DNA of 64,000 bases. Origin: Trichosphaerium sp. ATCC 40318. Lineage: Eukaryota > Protista > Tubulinea. The translations under genes and the position numbers were made by a program. The stretch spans positions 62,001 through 126,000 of the forward strand of contig JALMLS010000461.1 of the NCBI GenBank assembly GCA_038496445.1. The letters are read 5' to 3'. The notes beneath the pieces were generated by a model, which saw only the letters and a list, made by a program, of their open reading frames with translations, did no database searches and had not been told where the DNA came from. Each line of letters starts with the position of its first letter. Positions within the stretch are counted from its first letter, which is position 1. Below are positions 12,977 to 26,441 of this stretch, piece after piece.

Positions 12977-13439
12977 TGTTGCTGTATTCGTAACAAGTAC
13001 TTATACACTATGGATTATGAGTCAATGTTGTTCTTGGTGTTTTTTTGAATGTTTGCCTTCTCCTCAATCAAGTGATCACGAACTTTCACTTTCAAAAACC
13101 TACACAGAACCTAAAGAACCTCTCAAGGGCTCAATTACGCTTTAACTACGCCATATAAGCCATCACGTGACTTTTGTGATGGTGTACGTGATAAATTACA
13201 CGATAAAACACGATTTCTCCAAACCAGTTTAATATTCATTTAAAGAGTACAGGGGAATATCAATTTACCGGGGAATCATTTTGTTTTCTTTTCATGAGGA
13301 TGATGTGATCTTTTTTTTCCTTTTTTCTGGTGAACTTCACGTGAATGGTTTCTGCGTCAACTTAACTACATAATCTCTTACACACAAAGACAAACACATC
13401 AACAGAACAAAAACAAACTCCTCCAAACGATAAAGAACA

Positions 13440-14301
13440 ATGACTCAAGTACGTGATAGATATCAACACGTGCTTGGTAAAACAGTTTTACTTTGTTGCT
13501 CTTTTTTTCGCTCTTTGTTCGTGTTGTTTACCAATGATACAATAGATTGGCAAAGATCTTTTCTACAATCAAAACAATATCCATGAAGTTGTACCAACAA
13601 TTGAAAGATTAACAAAAGCTATCAAAGGAAAGACAGAATATCAAGCCATTGGTTATTGGCCATTTCATCAGTTCAGATACAAAATAGGCATGTCTCTTGT
13701 TCAAGCGGCTTACAAAACAAGTTACATGAATCTCCTTATTGAGAATAAAAAAAATGGACGTCCAGAAACAGTCTACTTAATCATCTACAGTGGTCAAAGA
13801 GGTGAGTGTAAAAATCATTCTTTTTTGTTCGTTTAAAGTTCTGAGACAGTTGCTTATTTGGTGTAGGACCAATTGGTTTTCCAAGTCACTGTATCACTCT
13901 CATTCTCAACGGAGATCAAAAATATGTCATGGGTCAAAAGAAGGCAACAGGTCCAACCCAAAGAGATATGGTAAGCGCTTTTAATTGTTTTTAAACAACA
14001 CTCTTAGTATGCCATCTAACATTGTGTTGTAAAGGTCCGTTTGGTACCTCGTGATAAAGGAATAAGTAAAGTCATATTATGTTTCTCTGTTGGACGCAAG
14101 AATATTGTACCTTTTGCCAAGATGTTAAGGAAGTACACTAAACTCGCTGGAAAGAACAAAACAAGCCTCACTGGTGCCTCTCTTCAAAAATTCGATGATC
14201 CACAACTACAAGCAGGATATCAACAAGTTGTTGAGAACGCTGAAGCTCCTAAGGGCAAAAAGAAAGATGACTCTGATTCTGATTCTGAATCTGATTCTTA
14301 A
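13440..14301 (+). CDS. Hypothetical basic protein with acidic DS tail (gene B), copy 1, 4 exons
   Basis: ATG at 13440, GT..AG introns, spliced frame MTQ-IGKDLFYNQ...KKKDDSDSDSESDS. Conserved with mostly synonymous changes in the 33606-34457 copy. Confidence 0.75.
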
Positions 14302-14579
14302 ACACATTGTAAAACAATAACAAATAAACTCATATTTAAAAAATCTACAGTTGATACTTGCGTCATTATGTTGAAAGTTGGCGAGCAATGATCCGAGACT
14401 CATCAGGCCCCTTGATAGTCCGATACATTACGCTATAAATTATGTAAAAAATCTTGTTATCCCTCTGTACAAGCAGAGTTCTTTCAAGCTTAAGCTGCTT
14501 CCACAACTATGCTAAAATGGACGAAAAATAATTTAACATAACAACCGTTAAACCAAAGTATTTACAAGGCTCAGCAAGT

Positions 14580-15880
14580 TTATTTTTTGTTGTTCTTAGT
14601 TTTCTCTCTCTTCTGTTTTATCAAACACCTTAGAATATCCGTATTCTGTCCCAAACACTGGTGTATGAAAGGATCCTATTAGTGTCATTTCTGATCCAAT
14701 AATAATAAAAAAAAAAGTAGGATTGACATACATTTAAAGCATCTGAAACTGAGTATCGGTTCTCACGATCTTTGATGAGTACCTTACTCATAAATTCTGT
14801 AAATCTAGTACTCCATTTTTCTTCTTCGTTCAAAGTTGGTGGTGGATCATTCAGGATACACTCGAAAAACTACATGCAGTTAAAAAAAGAACATTACAAA
14901 AAAAAACATGTGAGCGAAGAAATACCAGCACTATTGAACATCTACATATATCGGCCCTAGGTGGATAAATCTCAGCGAGCTCTATTGCAGTGATACCAAG
15001 TGACCACATATCAGTCTTAAACTAATGACGTGTTATAATATACTCCTTTACATATGTGAAAGTACAGTAGTCTTTTCTGCTACTAACTCTTCAGGTGCTA
15101 TCCACAAAGGTACTGGATATAATTTCTATGATGAACATTACAATCTGTATCAACAAAAACAAAACTGTGTGCACCTTCATTAGATCATGACCAGGTTCCA
15201 ACAAGCCACCTAGGAATAAGTATTACCATAAGATAACTAAACTGTTGTCACAGCAGAAAAGTGTTTTGTACCTATTTTAACTTGAAATGAACAAGTTAAG
15301 AATATCTTTCCTTAAAACACAAACAACAGAGTAAGTTCAGTTAAACGGTGACAATGAGTGTGTAATATTAAAAGAGCACAAAAATACAACATACGAGCAC
15401 CAATTTGCCTGTATCTTATGCCATGTTTGTGGAGTATCTTCAAAGCAGAGAGAGTACAAAACAATACAAGAGCAATCTGTGATTCACTCAGAGGGAACTG
15501 ATTCCTTTTCATTATGTCCTCAAATGAACCAAATTTATGGTACTTGGAGACTACCTTTTTAAACAACGAAAGTGAGAAAGGACAAACAAAAAAATAAGCA
15601 ATGTACGTAAGTCAGTTTTGATTTAGCCTCAGTACGTATTATCTTCGCAAAGTACGAATGACTGCTTTTGAGGCTTAGAAATTCGAGTTTATCATGATAG
15701 AAGTCTATTTCCTCTTGACAATGTAGATCAACTGTTCTAATAACGACAATTTTTCCTGTTTTCGTCTGTTTGCATTTGAAAAGCTGGGTATTCCTTTAAA
15801 CAAACGCATTTTGAGTAAAAATAGATCAAACAAAGCACATACACTGCCAATTTACTTAAAACTTCGAATCCGTTAAGCAT
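14580..15880 (-). CDS. STE20-like protein kinase-fold protein, probable pseudokinase, copy 1
   Basis: Contains LSESQIALVLFCTLSALKILHK, PLWIAPEE, KTDMWSLGITAIELAE and PPPTLNEEEKWS. Catalytic motifs are replaced (VVIR, YRQ, IGG). Confidence 0.75.
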
Positions 15881-16023
15881 ACGTTGTAACTAAACTACAG
15901 AGACTGTTTTATGACGAAAGCACTACAATTGTTGACCAGCACACTAAAAACTCGAGATTTTTACGAACAGTATAATTTCTGAGATGTGAAATTGCTTTAT
16001 TGAATAAAACGTTGCTTGCTGAT

Positions 16024-16875
16024 TCACGTAGTGGTTGTACTCTTTTTGAAGCATTCTTTTCTAACAGCGTTTAGAGCTGTAATCCACTTTGCAGCATCAA
16101 ACAGTGCCAATATAATCATAGCAATCAATGCGACTCCATCAGTTGCAAAGATGGCAACCAGTTTAGCAGTGAGAATCAATCCCCATTTCAACCATTTGAG
16201 TCTGAAACAAGAAGAATTAGCAACAACAATAATAAAAAAACTGCTTCGATCGTGTGTACTTACTTTGTTTTCGTTGAGTGCTTCTTGAATTGGTTCTTGA
16301 GAGCTTTCAGTATTTTTTTCGTTGATATTGCCTTTATGAATCCAATGATTGCTTTAGCTTTTCCTTTTTCACTTGTCGCCTAAACAGATGACTGTTAGTG
16401 TGTGCTACCAAATGTATATTTACGTACTTTCTTGATAGCTAAGAAAGCTTTCTTGAACTTTTCTTTAGGATCTTCCTCTCCATTCATGAGTTCCTCAGCA
16501 GCTCCGCCAGCAATCTCGTCAGGAATCCCAATCATTTTCAGGACCATACCTAAGTGACAATACAGAGTCAGTGATAAACGCTTTAGAGAAGGCAAAGGGA
16601 GAAGGGTACTTACGAAAAGTAGCAATACCAAATTTGATCAAAGCTTTTTGGCATTTATTTCCACGTTGTGCCCGGCCGAAATCTTTGTCAGTAACTGGTT
16701 TCACTTTCGTGATTTCAGTCCCTTTTTCCTTTAGAGTCTTTTTTTGCTCCTCAATCGCTTGTGCAAGTTCTGTCCTGTCAGCTTTAGGAACAGTTTCCTT
16801 AAACAACTTGATGGCTTTTTCCAAATTGTCCTTTAGGGCTTCTTTGTACAGTTTAGTGTATTCTTTTTGAGACAT
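16024..16875 (-). CDS. Lys-rich helical protein with C-terminal hydrophobic hairpin (gene C), copy 1, 4 exons
   Basis: Spliced frame MSQKEYTKLY...LKWLKWGLILTAKLVAIFATDGVALIAMIILALFDAAKWITALNAVRKECFKKSTTTT*. Confidence 0.7.
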
Positions 16876-16939
16876 TTTCTATCCGCTGCAAGTTAGTTTT
16901 TGAATGTAAAGTGTATTCTCTATTCGCACTTGTTAAGAG

Positions 16940-16967
16940 GTTGTTGTTGTTGTTGTTGTTGTTGTTG
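16940..16967. repeat. (GTT)n microsatellite upstream of gene C
   Basis: About nine GTT units; a degenerate (CAA)n counterpart lies at ~34913-34936. Confidence 0.9.
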
Positions 16968-17979
16968 CGTTTTGTTTATGTTTTGTTAAGCAAGGTGTCA
17001 ATATTTTCAAACTGTAGAAATTCACCTGAAGTTTGTGATAGTATCGTGAACTCCCATTTCCTCCGGCAATTGGTAACGTGTAAACTTCTTGATTGCTAGA
17101 CATAGCTAAACGTATATTTCGAGAAAGTAACGCTACAATGCTCCCATTTTTCTCCACTTTTTCAAAAAATTCACGTGAAATAAACACGATCATAGACATT
17201 TGTTTACTATACTGTTGACTTCTGTACACGAAACATGTACAACCATGTTGTGTACATAATCTCAGAAAGTTCGGTAATTCATATGAATATCACGTGATAC
17301 AAAATAAATTTATTATCCAAAAAAAAGATCACAAAATTTGGGGTGTAGTTTCTAACCTTACAAACACTCGCAAATCATATTATTATGGCACATCATCAAT
17401 TTTTTTGAATCACTGATATGAAATATTGGGAATGTCATGTAACACGTTTTTTCACGAGCACGAACTTTCGCGCCACGTTTTTCAAAACTTTGCCTTGTTG
17501 TAATACGGTGTATCACAAGTTTTAGTTGTCTACAAGCCAGTGTAGTCACTTAGTAGCTCAAATACAGGAGTAAGGTTGAACTGTTTCATGCTGTGTCTGT
17601 TTGCGGAAGGAAGATAAAGAATAAGTAATGTTATGCTAGAGCCGGCCGAACATAACATTATCTTGAAATACTATGCTCCTACAAGCCACAGCAGTCACTA
17701 TTGTGCGTACCCTCGAGTCAAACATTAAATAAATACTACCAAGGTATTCACTTTAAAATATGGTTGGTTTATAAAACATACAGCTGCAACAGCATATTTA
17801 TTTTAATGTTTGACTTGAAGGGTACGCACAATAGCAAGAAATCTAAACATGAGGCGAATTAGTTGTATCAAGAGGCATTTTGGATAAAATAATCTCGCAA
17901 TACTACCGCTCCAGTACGTCCACAGTGATCAGTGAGATAAAAAAGCAAGTGGTTCTGTCAAGTTTTATTTATTATGTTA

Positions 17980-18700
17980 CAATCTCTTTTTTTCTTTTTT
18001 TTGGAATACGTGCGTCTCCTATCCTTTAAACGTCAATTCTTTGCTTTTAAGTGAGAGTTAAAATTACTGTATTTACAGTAATAGCAAAATGCCGCGAAGG
18101 CAGGGATAAAATACGCCTTACAACAAGAAATAAGAAAAAAATTTGCGCCGAAAAAATAGGACAAACGGGGTTTTACAATCCATGTCCCATTGTTGCTACG
18201 TCGTTAAAAAAAATACTTACCAGACAATCTTACCAATCAAGTCATCAATGCACCCACATATACAGCCAATAAACCCTAAGAACACCAGCAATACGAGTAA
18301 GCCAACACGCACCCAATACCAATCGATAGTTGAGTAATTGCAACTCGCTTTTATGCACGGATAAAATATGCACAAACAAAAAGTGGTATCCACGGATAAT
18401 GCACACTATAATATTTTCTAAACGCTCACTAGAGCGTTGCTGAGGCCATACAGATGAACTTGCAAAAGTAAAAAAATAGTTGCACAAAAAAAGAATTTGC
18501 TCTTTAAACGAAGCGACAAGCTTTTTAATAGCATCTGTAGCGTATACATGCAGATTCACCAACGTAAAGAAGAGTGAGGTATTTTAGGAAGCGACAAGAT
18601 CACTTGTTTTCGAAGTCGGACACCCTAGCACAACGATTCAATTGTAGATAACTTCTTTACATCTCATAGTGAATATTACACTTGTTAGCTTGAGTTACCA
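17980..18700 (-). CDS. Possible small multi-exon membrane protein
   Basis: Minus-strand exon-like segments YWVRVGLLVLLVFLGFIGCICGCIDDLIGKIV and AYFIPAFAAFCYY with flanking splice-like signals. Start and stop not resolved. Confidence 0.3.
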
Positions 18701-19174
18701 AAGGGTATTAGATAAATTAGCGCTATGATTAATCCGTGATAATCTACTACGCCCACGCATGCGCTGAAGCGCATTAAATAAAATTTTCCGCGCCGTAGCA
18801 CCGATCTGGGTAAATCACGTTTCAGAACACGTTTGCCAACCGAAATTAGCTTTAAACATTCGCCACTTGTTCATAAACGAGTTGACGAGTTAAATAATCG
18901 CAGTTTCGGCATTGCTTATCAGCGAGATTAAGCGCCAATTTTCCGCCTGCAGGCAATTTATAGCGACAAAAGAAGGTAAAAGCTACTAACACTACATCTA
19001 AGCGATACTGGTGTTTATTTTCGTACATGGAGTATTGTTACATATCTTGCTAAAGGCACAAGGGCTTTTAAATGATATTGGGTTTAATCTTTTTAGCGTC
19101 TATATGCCCAGCAATGATTGATGCAAAAGGAACAATGGATGCAAAGATGAATCAAAATATAACGAACAAAGGTT

Positions 19175-21234
19175 TTAGTCTTTCTTTGGATTCTTAATTA
19201 CTCGAACAAGTCCCTCTGTACCAATAGTAACAACAAAGCTACCATTACCAGACCAAGCTAATCCAAGTATACCTACAAAGTGTCATTACCACAAAACGTC
19301 AAAAAAGATCCAAAACGATCGAGTTTTTTTACAACTTCCAAAAAAATTCAACAAACGAAGACTCCACGTACTCTCATGAGTATCCTTCAAATCAAGTAAC
19401 TTCTCTGCTGTATCTCCATCATAAAGATACATATCACCACCAGAACAAGCAGCAATAACATTGAATTTTTGGTCAAAACGAACACGATCAAAGCATTTCC
19501 CACTTTCTGGGTGAGATATCTCATGAAGTAAACTAGGATCACCACTAACAATTTTTTCAAGGTCATTATCATAAATACGTAGAAGACCATCCTTAGAAAC
19601 TAAAACAAAAAAAAAAGGTCAAAACAAACTCAAAAAAAAACCCCAACACAGGCTCATCCCATTGAAAAAAACACAGCAACGTACCAGTTGCTACACGCTT
19701 GGTATCACCAGAAAATGATATACCATAAACAGCTGTTTTATGACCACGGTAATAAGTCCTTGAGTTCTTAGGGATACTCTTAAACGCGCCAGTACCATCC
19801 AATTGCATCTCCCACAACTACACAAACAGTATTAAGCACATGCTCGGTTACCAAATAACAGTATTTATAAATACCTTAACTTCATTTGTTTGAGCTGCAA
19901 TAGCGATAAAACGTGCATCAGAAGAAATAGCAGCGCTATACATGTATGAGACAAAAAATCAACAAATCAAAAAAAAAAAATGGTGATGTTTTTCGTACTC
20001 GTTGTTTGACATTTGATGTGATGCAATACGAGCAAGAATATCTCCTTTAGTATTACCAAGAGTTACATTAACATCTATTAGGATTATTAGGATCACATAA
20101 TCTGATAAGTAAGTGAGAGAAATGTACCTTTACTAGATGCAAGGAAAAATTGCTTAGCAGAAACGATATTTGTTATTTCGGATTTAGACAAGTTATCACG
20201 GGTAGTAGTCAAACGTTTATAGTATCTACCGTTTGAATTACGCTAAAGATAGACAGTCAGCGTACGTAATACGCAACACAAAGCGAGAAAATAATGTGAA
20301 ACAAATAATGCCAAATTGTTGGCTTATACGCAAGCTATCTCAGTATAAATAGTACAAACACATGTTTGTACTTATACTTCATATATTACTTGATAGATTA
20401 AGTGTATAAATGAAAGGTGTACCTTAGTGCTGACGCGATAAACAGAAATTGATCTCGAGAAATCAAAAGCAACAAACAAGTACCTAGTTTTTTTTATTAG
20501 TGTTAAAAATTGTGACGTTGCCTATAGACTATACACTATATACGTACTTGCAATCAGTAGAAAACTCACAAGCTGTGACATTCTCATTACCAAAGTCAAT
20601 ATCATAACTCGCCCTACAGCACTGTCTTAGAAATCATTCAAAACAATTTCGAAAAAAAAAGAAAAAAAAAAGACGTTGAACGTACGGGTTTGTCTTTGAG
20701 AGAATGTTTTTCATTAGATAAATCCTCCCTGAGTAACCACGTTGCATTACGCCGATCATTTCAGCGTTTTTAGATACAGCAACGGAAATCAACGGTTTCT
20801 TACCTTATTGGAGCACGTTAGATGTATCACGGTGAGAAAAGCACGCGGGTACAATAACACGCCACTATGAATAACGACATTGCCGCTTTTTGCTGAATTT
20901 TCTACACGTACTCGTAAACTGACGTAGCTCAAGCTCTATAGTAGCAGGTTTGAATTTAGGCGCGGCTGAATGCTTTTGTTTCTATAAACGAAATTTAGAG
21001 GTAAAGATTGACACGCAATCGCTAAATATGTGCTGCCAAGTGACGGAAAGTACGTCGTACCTGCTTTTTAGAGTTTTTTTTCTTTTTTTTCGTTTCTGGC
21101 TCAATTTCTGGCTTTTGTTCCTCAGGTTCTTCCTCTGGAGGCTTAAACATCCATAGCATTACAAACAGAACAACAAAACCTGCCACGACAGCAATGACAA
21201 CACCATAATCGTATAACAAATCAATAGACTCCAT
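19175..21234 (-). CDS. TBL2: TBL2-like WD40 protein with N-terminal TM anchor
   Basis: N-terminal TM VVIAVVAGFVVLFVMLWMF followed by a Lys-rich linker. WD repeats include RGHKTAVYGISFSGDTKRVAT-SKDG. Confidence 0.7.
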
Positions 21235-21362
21235 CTCCTACACTGCAATTGAACGGAGGCGCTATTAGATTGCGTCTACCTATTTTTACTGGCTCGGATG
21301 ACGGCAGTTTTGGTCTCTTTCATTCTACACCATATTTTCAGTTGAAACGTGTATAAACCAAA

Positions 21363-22253
21363 ATGGTACATTAGCGACTCCTTTTTGTGCTCCAAATAAT
21401 TACTTGGGTAGAGTGAAGTCGAAAGTTGGAAAGAAGCCTTTGCTTTGTTTGACAGGGACGGTGATGGTAGCATCAGTGTCGATGAGCTTGGCACCGTATT
21501 TAGAGCATTGGGTACGCGCCATAGGGCGTTATATGCGCATACGCGCTTATACTGCAGTGCTATTGCTCAAACAGTTGTTAGGCCAAAACCCAACTCAGGC
21601 TGAAGTAGAGGATATTAAGAGTTCGGTTAGCTCCGGCACTGTCGATTTTGAAACTTTCAAGACGCTAATGAACAAACACAAAAAAGACCCGCCTCTAGAG
21701 CAGGTACCAGAATTATCAATGCAATTTTAAAAGCTTATCGGCATTTTTCAGGACATTCGCACAGCATTCAAAGTGTTTGACAGAGAAGGTACGTGTTATA
21801 TTATTGCAGCAAAAGCGGCGTAAAAACGCAAAACTAGCATTTTTGTTTGCTCTTTTGCCGCGAAGTTGATCTTTTTTTGCTTAAAACCCCGCTAAAAAAT
21901 TCTTCAAGGCAAGGGTGTTATTTCTAGCGTCGAATTACGCAATATTTTAACAACGATGGGAGAGAAACTCCAAGATGATGAAGTACGACTTAAAGAAGAG
22001 CGCCTTTAATTACTCTGTACAAAAGAAAACGTTTTAGTTGTTATGAAAAGTGACATTATGGAAACGACAACAAATACTTTTGGAGTATTTGTTTTTCTTT
22101 CGTTCCCTTTTTGTTTAATCTCTTCGTATTGTGCATCTTTGTTTAGCGTACTAATATCTATAGGTTGATGGTATTTTGAAGGCTGTTGAGAGAGATGGTA
22201 AAGTAGCTGTTACTGACCTTGTCCAAATCCTTATGAAACCACAACGGAAGTAA
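21363..22253 (+). CDS. Calmodulin-like / myosin light chain EF-hand protein
   Basis: Spliced [37 protein letters not shown]...[29 protein letters not shown]. First exon is ATG only. Confidence 0.9.
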
Positions 22254-22642
22254 TTTTAGACTATCTTTAACTTGTTTAATTACCTATTTGTCAAATAAAA
22301 CTGCCTAATGGCAGATTTACACCAATCATCGTCTTTTCTTTTATTTAAAAATGAGTGACGCTCTTATAATACGTTAAATACTCCAGCGTTGGTGATCAGC
22401 TATTTGTAGCTCACCAGCGAACAAATACTGACGGGGAGACGTCAGATTTGGCGCGTTGAAAGCGTGAGTCAAAAGTGGGTCAAGTTAGTAAGCTTTGTAG
22501 TTTGGTAGCGTGGAAGAACGCATTAGCAGTGATTTGGCGCCTCTTTTAGGCAGATTTGACACTTTGGGGAAACTTACAATTATTCAAGCGTAATAACCTC
22601 TCTAAAACCTACAACAACGTACCTAGTATAAGAAGTCACCGA

Positions 22643-25600
22643 ATGCTGCGATTATACGCGAAAAATAAGGTTTTTTCAACACAACGCGTAACACGCCAGC
22701 ATACGCGTTGGTTGCACGCAGATATTGGGTCTTTGACAGTATCGAGAGCATCATGGACAATTGATAAACAAGACACTGCCGTTGAGTTCAAGTTCGATTC
22801 ACAGCTTCAACTTGGTGTTTTACGAAGGCCTGCGGGTAATAGAGGATGGTGGATAATGAGTAAGGGAGAAGAATTGGTTGTTAACAAATTCGACATTACG
22901 TTTGAATGGCCGTTTCAAAAAACCGTTGACGAGCTCTACGAGCTCTCTGATGAATGTAGAGAGCTTAAGGAAAATAAAATAGAGGTAATTAAAAATACTT
23001 GGATCACGTGGCTGATCATCTAGTTCAACAGAATTTAAACTGTAATTCGTGTTTTTTTTTCCCTTATTTTTCCTCTTTAGGCTGTTCCTGTGGAGAAGAT
23101 TGCTCATCACTTTTACGCACTAAAGCCTAAAGATGAAAAGAATGCTAAAGTATCTCCTTACGCACTTGCAAAGCACATCTGGGGCAAAGGTACGTGTTGT
23201 AAACTAAAACAATTTATATTTTGAGCACTCTCTTCTTTCTCTCACTTCTGTACGATTTCTTCACTTGGTTCATACTCATGTAGTACATTATAATTTATTA
23301 AGGACTCTTTAGAGCCAACAATCAATGAAGTTTACGCTGCACACATGTATTTAACGGAGAATACAATATTTTTTTCAAAGCGTGTTAGACATATTGCTTT
23401 GTTTACTGTTAGATCTCCAGAAGAGGTATTACGTCTGAAAAGAGGTCGTGCAAGGGCTAGAATGGTTATAAATGCTCGATCTGACTTTACTGGGAAATTA
23501 CATGAAATCCTTAACGGAAACAAACAAGTTGAATTTACGCAGCTTGATATGACCTTCCTTGAAGAAATAAAGTTGCATGCTATTGGCTCAAATATTGTAC
23601 GTACTAATGACTATTTTTAAGTCTCAGAATAACATCTAAAACACATAAAAAGAGTTGTACAACAACTCTAATTTTGAATGAATCGTTTTTGGCTAAGTTT
23701 TTTATTTATAGGCAAATGAAGGTCTCGTGTATCAGTCGTTCTTACAAGTACGTACATATTTATTCTTGTTTTTTATTTTGCTTTGCGTGGTTTTTCTAAC
23801 CACGTGAATTAAAGCCATTGGGGTTTGGTCGTACATCAAGAGAAGCATATGAGCTCTTGATGCAACTTGGCGTTTGGGATGACGAGGAAAATCCAGGTCT
23901 AGCAAAGTACGTCTTTTGTGCCTCTTACTACCAACATCAATCCACTTCTTGCCATTATGTTATTGCTACTACGTTATTGCTATATAGTGGTCACTGTTCT
24001 TATTTTAATTAGATGGGAAGGCTGGCCTCTAGAGTTTTCTCAGTACCACAGAGAGATCACTAAAAATTTTATGGATAATGTCCCTCCTGATGACCTTGCG
24101 TATGTTGGACGACTTAAATATATTGCATCATTGTGATTCTTCCTATATTAGCTAACACGTGTTTTTTATAGCCACGCACGTTCAGACATTAGTGAACCAG
24201 TATTCGGTATTGTTTCTGACTCTGGGTTCATTGAAACAGCTTTCTCTATTGATCTTACAACGAGTTATGAAGCTAGAGAGATATCTATACATGTACCAGA
24301 TGTACCGCGTTTTATTCAAGCTGATAGTGAGTTATGTAAACTTGCTGCTGAAAGAACAAATGATATAATTATTGCAGATAGAACATATCATATGTTTCCT
24401 GATCCTTTGGCTCATAATCTACTTACAATACAAAACGATTGTCCTTCTATTACATTCCGTATTATTGTTGATAATCTAGGGAATATAAAAGAGTTTAGAG
24501 TAGTCCCTACTACTATAAAACAAGTTATTAAACTTGAGTATAAGGATGTTGATGCATTGCTTTTCAGAAATGAAACTGGTATTGATGGAGATAAGACTAG
24601 TGTTCCTGTCATTGAACAGTTGTTTCAAGATCAACTTGAACAAATTGCAGAACTTGTTGGATTGAGGAGGAATGTACGGGTATCAAAAGGAGCTTTAGTA
24701 TTAGATATGCCACAACCTTACGCAAACATTAGAGACGGTACACCAAGTCTTGCTTCCGGATTTTTGTTTTTTTTTTGTTTTGTTCTGTACTCACTTAAGC
24801 TTTTAGGTACTCTCGATTTTGGTGTTAGATTTGAAGATTCTAATGCACGTGGTGTCATGGGAGAGCTTGAACTTCTTGTTGCTGAAGTAGCTGGGTATGA
24901 CGAGCCACTTTTTTAGAAATTTTTAAACATAATTTTGGTGTTGATGTTTTATGTAGGCATTATCTGTCAAAGAGTCGAGTTCATGGTATTTTTAAAGGGC
25001 AAGAAAAACCTGAGTATATGAGTGATAAACTTTCAGCGCAGGTTAAAAGACAGATTGTTAGAGGTAAAGAAAAACCTAGAGACCATTTTTACGTAAAAAC
25101 CTAGCTCTAACTTTTTCCATAGAAATTAGACAGAAATCAGGTCGACCTAACCCAACTCATAATGAGCTTATGATACTTGGATACAAGCGCCAACAAAAGG
25201 CTAACCCTATAACATACTCTATTGAAGCACAACAATATTATGGCCTTGGATTGGAAGTATACAGTAGCAGTTCAAGACCTATTTCAAGATTTTCTGATTT
25301 ATTGGCGTTACAACAAATACATTCGATCATGGCTAACCGTGAAGCTGCATACGATGCTCAAACAGTCATTAAAATCATCGATAAGTTCCATATGAGCATC
25401 ACAAAGTGTGAAAGGCTTATGAAAGACTCAACAAGATTCTGGACATTATTCTCTTTGAAAAGAAGTATGGATGAAAAACCAGGTCATGCTTTAGTTACAT
25501 CTGCTCTTATGCTTGATGTTAATGCTCCTGAGCCTCTTGTATTCTTACAAGACTATGGGTTATATGAGAATATGGAGGTACCTTCTATAGCGTCAGAAAC

Positions 25601-25817
25601 GTTAAAGAACGGAGATGTTATTACTGTCAGTATTGAACGTATTGATCCTTTCTTTGATGTTGTTATTGTTAAAGAACTTGATAAGAAGAAAGCAAAACAG
25701 AGCCATCCTAATATGATAAAGATGAAACCTAGGACCCCTACTGCTAAGAAGAACTTACCTAAGAGGGATCCTGATAATAGACACAAGAAGAGAGGTCGTA
25801 GAAAAGCGAGACAGTGA
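22643..25817 (+). CDS. RNase II/RNB-family protein (Dss1/CYT-4-like), likely mitochondrial, catalytic motif degenerate
   Basis: Basic presequence-like N-terminus MLRLYAKNKVFSTQR. RNB-type motifs IHVPDV, YHMFP, YYGLGLEVYSSSSRPISRFSDL and an S1-like C-terminus. Confidence 0.75.
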
Positions 25818-26441
25818 ACACAAACAAAATAATAAAAAAATTCTTGAAACTGGAACACAAGCTTTGTTTTTAGTAGTGGCGCTCTAGCTTATCGCACGTT
25901 TCAATTAACAAATGAATAACGCTAACGAAACAGCTTCACAAATGTAAAAAATGGGAAAACGTTCAAATCACGTGCAAGGTCAGACGTAGCCTACGATCAC
26001 CCGCAGACACCGGTGTTATACAAGTTGTAAAAGAGGCATGAATCACTGCACGTGGACTTGTTGTTCTTTTTCGTTACTATCCATACAGTGTAACCCCTAA
26101 GTAACTTGGGATACTACCAGGAGTGTACGGGGCCTTCGTAACGTGTAACAGGGTCGTTCCCTCAAAACTGCCAAGCTATGTGCCAGGGATTTTTCCCAGG
26201 GTATCAACTACATAACAACAAACAAAACGCGCAAGAATGGAGGTGATGGTATTTTTTTTTGAAAAAACGGTACGTTTTGATGACGCTTCGACTTTTACAG
26301 TGACTTCTACCCTGAACACTAACATGTATTAAATTAAGGTTGCTATACACGCTACAGATGAAATGAAGGCGACTTGGCTGTTTGTTGAGAACAATGGCGT
26401 TGACTTGAAAAACATGTGATGTACGTAAAAACACTGTTGGT

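Larger units (their letters stand above)
7556..16990. repeat. Segmental duplication, left copy (inverted and rearranged copy at 29321-41640)
   Basis: Reverse-complement matches: 7556-9336 to 29321-31180 plus 32007-32095; ~9640-13440 to ~37836-41640; ~13018-14345 to ~33570-34878; ~14575-16990 to ~34890-37515. Paired ORFs in the ORF track confirm these. Confidence 0.95.

Noticed and set aside
26110-26125. ATACTACCAGG resembling the U1 snRNA 5' end
   Set aside because: It mismatches the invariant ACTTACCTG, and no U1 stem-loops or Sm site were recognisable.
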